The notes beneath the pieces were generated by a model. That model was not told the origin of the DNA. It searched no databases and saw only the letters and a program-made list of their open reading frames with translations. From a virus: a stretch of 64,000 nucleotides of DNA. Positions 19,711 to 28,979 of the stretch are shown in pieces (positions within the stretch are counted from its first letter, which is position 1; each line of letters starts with the position of its first letter). The stretch is taken from positions 32,283 to 96,282 of the IMG/VR virus record IMGVR_UViG_3300036834_000231; one strand, given 5' to 3'. Made by a program: the position numbers and the translations under genes.

Positions 19711-20241
19711 TCATTGTGCTGTTTCCTCCTCTATTCCTGTCGAATCCTCAGGCGCATTCAGATCTACTCCGAGTGCACCTAACTGCTCAATCACGTCGGC
19801 TTCGAACGCCGAGAACGCGAGCGCGCTCCAGTTGATGGCTCCATCGCTAACGGCGCCGTCACTGCCAAAGTCCTCGAGATACTGCCCATCGTGCTCGGAA
19901 TAGAGCAAGCATTCTTGCGCCTGCGCGGTGTAGATGACGCGTTGTGAGCCGTCTATCGTCTCGCGAATGTGCTCTATGAGCCACTCGCGCAGGGTTTCGC
20001 CTCGTTCGCCGTCTTTGATCCGGCGCGACAGTTCGTCTTTGATAGAGTCCGCAATGCTCCGCACGTCGGACCAGTAATCCGCGCGCGCCAATTGCTTGCC
20101 GAAGTCGGCGGGATCAGTTTTGATCCGTACGTAATCGTTCGCGTCCGTCGAGTGCAGAAACGTCGCTATTACTTCGCCGTCGAGTGTGACGGTTGTCAGT
20201 TCGCCCGAGGCTTTCGGCCAAACGGTCTCATATTTCGCCAT
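19711..20241 (-). CDS. Acidic protein, possible Ocr-like DNA mimic
   Basis: D/E-rich helical C-terminal half with EHIRETIDG..VIYT and ALAFSAFEADV patterns. Confidence 0.4.
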   Translation of the reverse strand: MAKYETVWPKASGELTTVTLDGEVIATFLHSTDANDYVRIKTDPADFGKQLARADYWSDVRSIADSIKDELSRRIKDGERGETLREWLIEHIRETIDGSQRVIYTAQAQECLLYSEHDGQYLEDFGSDGAVSDGAINWSALAFSAFEADVIEQLGALGVDLNAPEDSTGIEEETAQ

Positions 20242-22440
20242 AAGTTAAAATTCATCCTCCCTACACGGGCAGCCCATCAGCCGACCGTGTTTCGTCGCCA
20301 TTCGCGGTACTCGTCAGGAGAGGTCCTCCGTGCGAAATTGTTTTGCCTCCTCCTCTTCTGGCCGTAGTTCGTCGGCTAACTCCGCACGGACCACACGTTT
20401 GTAATTTCCGTCAGCGTTGACAATGCCCCAGAGACCAGCCCGTTCGCTCGTCTTACGAACCTCTCCGTCTTCATCCGGTAACCAGGCGATAATGCCGATT
20501 CGCTCTTTGATTTCGGATGGTTCGATATCGCCATCCGCGCAATCGTCTGCGTCTGGCCGTTCTTCGAACTCCACCCCGTTTTCGGCCGCCCATGTCTCGG
20601 CGGCCGCCAGTTCGATTGCACAGCGTGTGCGCCCTTCGATCGAGGTCTCCGTTTTCGGGTCATAGGACCATCCAGCGTGCTCGAAGAAAAATGCCTGCTG
20701 GGTAGTCAGAGCTTGAGTAGGCTGCTCTTGCTTCGGCTGTTTGGTTTTAGGTTTAGGTTTAGTCATAGGTTTCATCCCGACTAGTGCGCCGAGCATGCGC
20801 GCGCTAGTTTCGTCCGAATTCCACGGAGCTCGTCAGGGGATTAGACTGCATCGGCGAACGGAAACACCTGCCCTTCTAGCGCTTTGCGCCCGTCTAATCC
20901 CGCGAAATACACCTTGCCATTAGGCCAAACACGTACGCATGAGTCGCTCAATTCTGCTCCGCTAAGATCAGGATGAACGGAACGCCACTCGTCAAACGAT
21001 CGGTACAGTTTGCCCTGGTACAGATGTGCGAAAACGAGCGTGCGTTCAAGTAGCGAATAGTGCGATCCGATGACACCTTCGCGATATCCCGATACGCGAT
21101 GATGTACCCACGCTGGACTCGTCCGATACCAAGGCGCATCCCATACGCGCGCCAGTGCAGTATCTAGCTCGGTATTCGTCTGCTGAAAGTGCAGACAGCT
21201 ATCCAGCGAATCATTAACGAGCGACTTAGCGCGCCGCTCATGCTCTAACGCTGCCTTAAAGTGCCGCGATGTTTTACTCATGCGTGTGTTCCTCCCGAGT
21301 CCAGGGCCCATAGTTCCTTCGGCCACCATTCGATTCTGTTTCGCGCGTTGCGCCACAGGCGCAGGTATCCACGTACGTCACATTGCCGTGGGCGCATTGC
21401 CGCGCTGGATTGTGCGAGCACTCCGCCGGCGTTACACAGTGCAGCCATGCCCGCACTGTGCTCTTAGCCTGTACAGCCTTATGCGTGTGCGGGCGCCGTC
21501 TCGGTGTCATAGAATCACCGCTGCTAACGCCATGCAATGGACTTGCTCCAAGCGATCCTTAACGAACTGTTCGATCCAGCGCTTGCCTGCATCGAATGTC
21601 GTAAACTCACGGGGTCCGGGCGCATCGGCAATCTGCCGCAACTGCCATGACAACGAGGCTTCATAGCGCGTTCCACGAAAACCGTAGGCGGCCTTGACTT
21701 GACCCAATGGAAACGGGTTTCCCGTGTTACCCGCTACAGGCAGATAGACAAGCGAGACCCAATAGGGTTCGCCCTTGACGTCTGTATGAATGGTGTTCCA
21801 GTAAACCCGAGCTTCGATAAACTCTCGACTCAGTGGTGACAGTGTGGTTTCCGACATGGCCTATGCGCCCCCCGTTTCCGGCAACACTTCAACGTCGTCC
21901 GCTACCCGCCATACCCGGTACGGCGCCCGATCGTCGTCGAACCACTCATGGCCCAACGCATAGCACTTGACTCCGACTTCTGGATCGAGTGGTGAATTCA
22001 GGCTGCATGCGCCGGGTACACACGGACTACAGAATGCAGCATAGGTATAGAACGGACTACCGAGCACGAAGATATCGCTATCTAGACAATCCTTTAGTTC
22101 GTATCCGTGCTGCTCGTAAGACCAGCCAATGGGGTCATCCCCATAGACCGAGTCGGACCAATAGCACTTTTGACACTTTGTGCACGCGAAGTCCTTACCG
22201 TCATTCCATTCTTCGTCTGTTACGCTTTCATCGTCAGACGAGACCACTTCGCCATGTCCCGCGGGACACTGCGCGGGACCATAATTGTATTCAAAATCAT
22301 CAGTCGATTCTGCTCGTACCGCATGTTGCGAGATAACGCCATAGCGTATCCCAGTTTTCACGTCGATATTCGATTTACCTAAACCGTAGTCAATGCCCGC
22401 ACTTCCCATAGTTCCTCCCTTTGTCCCTATCTCTTTGCCG

Positions 22441-22493
22441 ATTGATAGGCCAGACTCCGCTTGCTCGCTCGCGAGCGGAGTCTAGTCCGTCTA
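22441..22493 (-). repeat. Intergenic structured repeat, copy 1
   Basis: ATTGATAGGCCA.ACTCCGCTTGC-loop-GC.AGCGGAGTCTAGTCCGTCTA. Confidence 0.85.
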
Positions 22494-22868
22494 TCGGGCA
22501 ATCTACCTTTCCTTCCGTTCCTCGGCTTCTAACTCGGTTTGAGTCAACGTCTCGACAATGCGCCCTTTGAAGTTCCCTACCACAAACAGCAGTACAGGTA
22601 CCCCTGGTTCGCCGGCCTTAGTCACACTGGCGTTATTACCGTCCAAACATCGGCAGTATTTGAGTGCATACGCTTTAGCATCCTCAATCGATCCGTGAAA
22701 CGTGAATGCCCCAGTCGGTTTCCAGCGCGCGTTCCAGGCTAGTACACAATAGCTTGCGTCACCTTGAGTCGCTTTCGCCACTGCCTTTAGGAACGCGTTT
22801 GCCTTACGAGTTCCGTATGTCATGTTGTTAGTCATAGTCTTATCCCTTAATCCGTCCTTTTTTGCTGA

Positions 22869-22920
22869 ATTGATAGGCCATACTCCGCTTGCCACTAGCA
22901 AGCGGAGTCTAGTCCGTCTA
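22869..22920 (-). repeat. Intergenic structured repeat, copy 2
   Basis: Near-identical stem and flanks to copy 1, different loop. Confidence 0.85.
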
Positions 22921-25291
22921 TTAAGCAGCCCTATGCGTCCGTGGGCGATTCTCCCGAAGGAATCGCGCTAGCGCCGGCCGCCTACAACGATCCACTGCGT
23001 AGCGAACCATGGAATGGTTTTCCGTGCTAATTTCACCAGACGGAATGAGCGACTCAAACCATTCCCGCACTGTATCTTGGTCGATATCCCGCATAGCATC
23101 GGTAGTGTCGTACGAGAGCTTAAACTTATCCCGCAAGGTACTAATGAAGTCATGGCACTCATACTCAGACCAGCCCTTGAGGTAGGCTTCATACTCGCGC
23201 TCGCTGAAATCCGTTTCGTCTAGGACGGCGCAACCATGGCGCAAGGTATGGTACGTTTGCTCGGCTATTTCTACCCGCGCAGTATCGAGCGGAGAAATGA
23301 TGATAATCTCGTACCAGCCTGGTCCCCAATGCCCAAAGCGATGTACCTCAACTGTGTCGCTTTCTCCGCCGAGACTAGAGAGCATTGCAGCGAAATTGCT
23401 TTCCTCTAGGCAGTCACTGTCCCGCGTTTGCGTTACGGGCGCTACTAGCCAGTTCTGTTGCTCGTCTAAAGCTAAACCGGGAACGTCAAACTGAGTCGGC
23501 GCATATGCGCCATATGTGCTCAATACACTGTCCATTGTTGTCTCCATTTCGGTAGTCATAGTTTCCTTTCTTAATCGTGACCTAGGCCGGCGGCCTATTT
23601 TGTCTCGCTATCCGCGTCAAATTGCAGCCAGCCCACTTCCGCTGCGTCCAGAATGATTTGTTTAGCTTGCTGCGCGTTGAATCCTAAAGCTAGTAGGGCA
23701 TTTTTCGCCCTTGTTCGAGCACTAAGAATAACCTTACGAGCTACAACACTGCCCTTGCCATGCTTACGATTAGCGGCAAGCTCTGCCGCTATTTGTTTGT
23801 CCTGAATCCGAATGATAGTTTCCATTACTTAAGCCTTCCTTTGGGCGGCCAGATTTTAGCTAATTTTGCGTCCCACTTGACGAGCAGTCTGGCCGCACGC
23901 TCGTCCAGAAGTGAGTCTAGATCCTCACTGACCACATTGATACGGAAAGGCAAGTTATGCAGTTCACAATCTAGGTCACAATGGTCGATATTCAAGTCGG
24001 CTTCGTCCAGAATCGCCTTGACTTCGTTGTAGCGCGCGTTCATTGCATCCAGTTCATTGTTTAGCTCTATGATTCTGGCCGCCAGCGCTTTGTTTGATTG
24101 CCGTTTCATTTGTTACTCGTCTCTCTCCGCGCCGGCCTATTCCATTCCTTATAAATCGTGATTGTCGGCTCATAGATCGGCAGAGCTTCAATCTTCGCTA
24201 GCGCTTTGTTAATCGCGGCCAGAGTTTTCGCTTTTTTGATTGCTTCGCGAAACCACTCGATATTTACTTCGTCCGTTTGAAGCCGATCAGCGAGTAATGC
24301 GATAACCGTCTCATTAGCACGGTTCTTGGCCGGCCATAACTGGCATTCCGTTCTGTAAGATTTGTTGTACTTATACTCCCAAGCATGAATCGACATTTAC
24401 CGTTCCGTTCCTCTCTCTGGCCGCCTAAGCTCTAATGCCATGGCCAGCCAACGCGTCTCGCATAGTCCGGAGCATGATAAGCAAGTTGGGCGCTAACTCA
24501 GTCACTTGCGCGTTAGTCGATTTAATGGCGTCTAACTCGCTAATCTCTCGTAACAAAAACGAGACGTCATTTCGAATTGCCAGAATCGTATTGTTTGCGC
24601 CGGCGTCATACTCTCTCTGTCTGACGTCGAATAACTCGCTGTCGCTCATTCCGTTCCTCTCTCAGTGGCCAGAAGTTTCGCTTTTGTAACTGCTTCGCGA
24701 AACTCTCGATTTGCACCGTCTGTAGCTCTCGCTACTCTCGGCTGGCTCTCGTCTCTCTCTCGGCTGCTCTCGGCTGCCTATTCCAAGGTAGCGCAAACCG
24801 CGCAGTTTGTGTGGAAAATGTGAAAGCAATTGATACTAGGCAGTAATGGCTAAAAGGGAATACGAGGGCCCTATAGGCCTGGTCGGCGCGCCGGCCGGCG
24901 GCCAGGCGAAGAGACCCTATCACCCTCCAAAAATAGGGCTAATGCGGCCAAAAGCGGCGCGGCCAATCCGCGGGTATGGAAATAAAAAGGGCAATTTTGG
25001 AAACTGTGGGCGGGTCGGGGTAGGGGAACGTGAGATAGGCTAAAGCGAAATAGACCTGCTCAGTGGCGAAATGACTGAGACCTGTGCCAGGCATGACTAT
25101 CGAGGCCGAAACGGAAGAAAAGGAGAAGGAGATAGGGATGGGTGGTAAGGGATAGGCGCATTACTTTGTGAGGTGGCGACCGCTGCCGGCCACGAGTGCG
25201 AAGACGATCCCGACGCCGCCGAAAACTTTGTGGAATGAGAGTTGCAAGCTATACGTGATTCACGTTATTACTGTGGTGTAAACTGATTATC

Positions 25292-25540
25292 GTGACCTGG
25301 GTGAATGTGTGGGGACCGGCGCTCATCGTGTGCTTGACCGCTTTTATGGGCTTTCTTTGGGGGAACGGGCGCGTCAAGGACTTGAAGGAAGACGTGATCC
25401 GGCACATCGACGGACTGGAAAAGCGTCTCACCGACAAAATCGACGCGGTGGAAAAGCGTCTCGACGACAAAATCGACGGCGTAGAGAAGCGTTTGACCGA
25501 CCGCATGGAGCGGTTAGAGCATCCGATCTACCGGCCTTAA
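25292..25540 (+). CDS. TM plus coiled-coil small protein
   Basis: VWGPALIVCLTAFMGFLWG then 11-aa repeats IDGVEKRLTDK. Confidence 0.75.
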   Translation: MTWVNVWGPALIVCLTAFMGFLWGNGRVKDLKEDVIRHIDGLEKRLTDKIDAVEKRLDDKIDGVEKRLTDRMERLEHPIYRP

Positions 25541-25579
25541 CATCTCCCCATCGCCCCTTTACTGCGTCACGCTTGGCAT

Positions 25580-25698
25580 ATCCACTCGCTCGGGCGGAAG
25601 TAATTGGTTTGATTGCTGCCTATTCGAAGAACCAAAAGGAGAACCTGACGGATGCCGACAAAAAAGCGCTCCACCGTATCGTCGAAAGCTTCCAGTAA
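25580..25698 (+). pseudogene. C-terminal remnant of a HigB/RelE-type toxin
   Basis: IGLIAAYSKNQKENLTDADKKAL directly upstream of the antitoxin; no credible N-terminus. Confidence 0.6.
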
Positions 25699-26020
25699 GC
25701 GGGCTGATGGAAACAGCAAAAGGACGAGCCTCGGAAAGCACATTGAGGAAGGCTTGGAAGAATTTGCCGGGCACCTGCGCGGTGAAAAGAAACTGCGGAC
25801 ACGGGTGATTCACGTGCCGGATGCCGTCAATGTCCGGACGATTCGAGAACAGACGGGACTTTCACAGAGCGAGTTCGCGGACAACTACGGTTTTAACCCG
25901 AGAACGTTACAGGAGTGGGAACAGGGGAGAGCGAAACCGGATGGGGCGATTCGCGCTTATCTAACTGTAATCTCTAAGAATCCGGCCGCAGTAGAAAATG
26001 CTCTTAAGAAAGCGAGCTAG
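25652..26020 (+). CDS. HigA-like XRE HTH antitoxin
   Basis: IREQTGLSQSEFA..YGFNPRTLQEWEQGRAKP. Confidence 0.85.
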   Translation: MPTKKRSTVSSKASSKRADGNSKRTSLGKHIEEGLEEFAGHLRGEKKLRTRVIHVPDAVNVRTIREQTGLSQSEFADNYGFNPRTLQEWEQGRAKPDGAIRAYLTVISKNPAAVENALKKAS

Positions 26021-26101
26021 AGCGGAGGATGAGCGGGGGCGGCCGCTGGGGGAGTGCCGGCACGAGTGCGAGGATGGCGGGGAGTTGGATATCGTGGGGA
26101 T

Positions 26102-26398
26102 ATGACGGGACCGAACTCAGAAGCTTTGCAGGTGTTTTACGGGACGTTGCCTTTGATAGGGGCGGCGGTATTGGCGGTATGGACGAACAATTACCGATTA
26201 GGGGAGTTGAGCAAGCGGCTGGACGATGGGTTGGCGGGGGTGAATAAGCGGCTGGATGATAGTTTGGGCGCGGTGAATAAGCGGCTGGATGACGGGCAGG
26301 GGGCGTTGCAGGCGTTTCGGGCGGACGTGCGGCAGGATTTTAAGGAGGTAAAGGAGCGGCTGACGGACCTGGAGAAGAGCGCGCGGTTGGTGAGGTAG
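26102..26398 (+). CDS. TM plus coiled-coil small protein
   Basis: TLPLIGAAVLAVW then repeats VNKRLDD; leaderless -10. Confidence 0.75.
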   Translation: MTGPNSEALQVFYGTLPLIGAAVLAVWTNNYRLGELSKRLDDGLAGVNKRLDDSLGAVNKRLDDGQGALQAFRADVRQDFKEVKERLTDLEKSARLVR

Positions 26399-26512
26399 GT
26401 TACAAGAGCCTGCTCAGTGGCAAGATGACTGAGACGGTCGGGATGTGCAGATGTTCCACCAGCTACATGAGGGCGAAAGTAATTGGTTTGATTGGGGACC
26501 GGCGGCGGAGGC

Positions 26513-26755
26513 ATGAGCGAGCTAAACGGCGGCGAGGGCGACAATCGGCGGCGGCTGGACCAGATGGAAGATGTAATTCAGAGCATGATTGCGCTGGTGC
26601 TTGAGCAGGGTAAGCTGTACGACCGGCAGCACCAGCAGGCAATGGAGGAAATAAGCGAGGTGCGCGGCAGTATTCGGGAACTGTTGGAGTTGCAGAAGGA
26701 GCATCGCGTCGACATCATGGCGCTGTTTCAGACGCGCAAGCGGGAGGGGCAATGA
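26513..26755 (+). CDS. Small coiled-coil protein
   Basis: GGAGG RBS; helical. Confidence 0.6.
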   Translation: MSELNGGEGDNRRRLDQMEDVIQSMIALVLEQGKLYDRQHQQAMEEISEVRGSIRELLELQKEHRVDIMALFQTRKREGQ

Positions 26756-26891
26756 GCACGAGGAAGAACGCGGCGGCGGTCGCGTTGGGGCGGCGCGGAG
26801 GGAAGAACAGCCGGAAGAACTTGAGTGAGGAGCAGAAGAGGGAGTTGGGGCAGCGGGCTGCGGCGGCCCGCTGGTCGAAGGAGAAGAAGGG

Positions 26892-27398
26892 ATGACTCAC
26901 CTTGCGAAATACCACACGGAACTGATCGATCACCAGGAGATCCAAAAGCCATTGCCCAAGCGTTTACATGCCATCGTTCAGGCTCGCCTGATCTTTTTCC
27001 TTATGCAGTGGGGCGGCCCCCTGCAAACGCAGGTTCTGTCCGAGCAGAACGTCCTCTGCGGCGCGGATCGGCTGGTTCCGGATATCGCGGTGGTATCGAC
27101 GGAGGCGCCAGATTACGGCGGGGATTTGAAAGCCCTAGACGTACTGTTGGCGATTGAGATTGCCTCGCCCGGGCAGAAGTATAACCAGCTCGTTGCGAAG
27201 TGCGATCGATTGCATAAGGGCGGGGCCCGACTGTGTTGGATAGTTCTTCCCGCTGAGCGCCAGGCGTTCATGTACTGGAGAGAGGAAGTGCCGGTCGAGG
27301 TCGAGGTGCTACGAATCTACAACGGTCGAGCCGGCGATTGCACGATCACAACGGCTGACCTGTTCGCTGGCCTAGAACGCTACGAGGAGACGCTCTGA
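26892..27398 (+). CDS. Uma2 family endonuclease (paralog of 38846-39358)
   Basis: YHTELID, VPDI, AIEIASPG. Confidence 0.85.
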   Translation: MTHLAKYHTELIDHQEIQKPLPKRLHAIVQARLIFFLMQWGGPLQTQVLSEQNVLCGADRLVPDIAVVSTEAPDYGGDLKALDVLLAIEIASPGQKYNQLVAKCDRLHKGGARLCWIVLPAERQAFMYWREEVPVEVEVLRIYNGRAGDCTITTADLFAGLERYEETL

Positions 27399-27596
27399 AG
27401 CGGGATGCACACATGCCCAGACTGCGGCCAGGCCTGCGACTGTGACGGCGAGGACATCTGGATGGAAGATGATCGCGGTATGCCCCTCGAACCGTGCCGG
27501 CACAGGTGCGAAGACGACGACGAGGAAGGCCCGGAAAAAAATTTGGGGTTAGGGAGGGCGATTTAAGGAAACTGTGGGAGTGCTCTTCTTGCGGTC

Positions 27597-28904
27597 GTGA
27601 CGACGCGGGAGAGTGAGAGCGCGCCGGTGGTGGACGCTGACGTCGACGACCGGGAGATATCAGTGAGTTTCGAGATTCTCTGTGGGGGCGCGCTTAAGGT
27701 ATTGGGGACGCTGGCGGAGGGGATGGCGCAAACGTGCGTGACGAGCCCCCCGTATTGGGGGCTGCGGGATTACGGCACGGCGACATGGGCGGGCGGGGAT
27801 GCCGCATGCGACCATGTGGCGGGCGAGATTCGGAGAGGATTGGGCTTGGCTGCCCTAGGCGAGCAGTATCGCGGTGGCGGTCACAAACAAGCTAAGGTTT
27901 CCAAGCTTCAATACGTCGGGACATGCGGCAAGTGCGGAGCGCGCCGCCTCGATCAGCAGCTCGGCCTCGAGCGGACGCCACAGGAATACATCGCCAACAT
28001 CGTCGAGATCTTCCGCGAAGTGCGGCGCGTGCTGAAGGACGATGGCACGTTGTGGCTGGTCCTGGGGGATTGCTACGCGACGGGCGGCGGGAAAGTGGGG
28101 AATTGCCCGGGCGGTGGGGCGCAGGGGGATCGCTGGAAGGGCTTCCGGGGCAATCATCTAGTGGATAGCAAGCGAAACCCCGAGTCAATCCCGCTCGGGC
28201 CGATGACGCAGCCGAACCGCATGCCGCTGCCCGGATTCAAGCCGAAAGACCTCGTGGGCATCCCGTGGCGCGTGGCCCTTGCCCTGCAGGCGGATGGCTG
28301 GTGGTTGCGCTCCGACATCATTTGGAGTAAGCCGAACCCGATGCCGGAGAGCGTCCGGGACCGGCCGACCAAGGCCCATGAGTACGTGTTTTTGATGGCC
28401 AAGCAGGAGCGCTACTACTACGACGCGGATGCGATCAAAGAGCCGGGGGTCGCGGATAGCCTTGCCCGCTATGGGCGCGGGCGAAGCACAACGCATAAGT
28501 GGGCGAACGGCGGGCCGGGGAATCAGACGATCGCCAAGAGCTTTGCGCACATGGAGAAAGCCGGCTCGGGCATGCGTAACAAGCGCACCGTTTGGACCAT
28601 CGCGACGTGTCCCACGCCCGAGGCGCACTTTGCCACTTATCCGATAGAGTTGGCCGAGCTGTGCATTCTCGCCGGCTGCCCGGCCGGGGGGGTGGTGCTC
28701 GATCCGTTCTCGGGCGTGGCGACCACGGGTCTCGCGGCGCTAAAGCATGGGCGCCGTTACCTCGGCATCGAACTGAATCCCAAGTACGTCGAGATGAGCC
28801 ACCGACGCGCGCAGAAGTATTATCCGCTGCTCGCGGAAGGCCCGGCGTTCGATGGGGAAGCGAGCGCCGTCCGCAAGTTTTTATCGACAGGCAAATTCTC
28901 GTAA
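27597..28904 (+). CDS. DNA N4-cytosine/N6-adenine methyltransferase (beta class)
   Basis: VTSPPYW, IIWSKPNPMPES, HFATYP, VLDPFSG, GIELNP. Confidence 0.92.
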   Translation: MTTRESESAPVVDADVDDREISVSFEILCGGALKVLGTLAEGMAQTCVTSPPYWGLRDYGTATWAGGDAACDHVAGEIRRGLGLAALGEQYRGGGHKQAKVSKLQYVGTCGKCGARRLDQQLGLERTPQEYIANIVEIFREVRRVLKDDGTLWLVLGDCYATGGGKVGNCPGGGAQGDRWKGFRGNHLVDSKRNPESIPLGPMTQPNRMPLPGFKPKDLVGIPWRVALALQADGWWLRSDIIWSKPNPMPESVRDRPTKAHEYVFLMAKQERYYYDADAIKEPGVADSLARYGRGRSTTHKWANGGPGNQTIAKSFAHMEKAGSGMRNKRTVWTIATCPTPEAHFATYPIELAELCILAGCPAGGVVLDPFSGVATTGLAALKHGRRYLGIELNPKYVEMSHRRAQKYYPLLAEGPAFDGEASAVRKFLSTGKFS

Positions 28905-28979
28905 AAGACGCTCGCTCAAAAAAATTTGTGGGGGAAAAAGGGCGATTTTCGGAAACTGTGGGAATGATATCGTGAGGAT

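Larger units (their letters stand above)
17906..24649 (-). other. Leftward cluster of about 18 small hypothetical genes (putative early/host-takeover region)
   Basis: Consecutive minus-strand ORFs (e.g. 18377-18643, 18707-18910, 19362-19556, 21507-21857, 21861-22409, 22921-23559, 23595-23825, 23825-24109, 24106-24396, 24425-24649) with purine-rich RBSs and visibly lower GC. Confidence 0.7.

Noticed and set aside
24700-25250. Replication origin or genome terminus at the strand-switch region
   Set aside because: Only a weak DnaA-box-like word (TGTGGAAAA) and compositional skew; no iterons or initiator gene, so it cannot be supported.
25184-27520. Repeat TGCCGGC(C)AC..GTGCGA.GA at about 25184, 26055 and 27496 as a regulatory element
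   Set aside because: The last copy encodes CRHRCED in a small Cys-rich ORF, so the others are more simply explained as decayed gene fragments.
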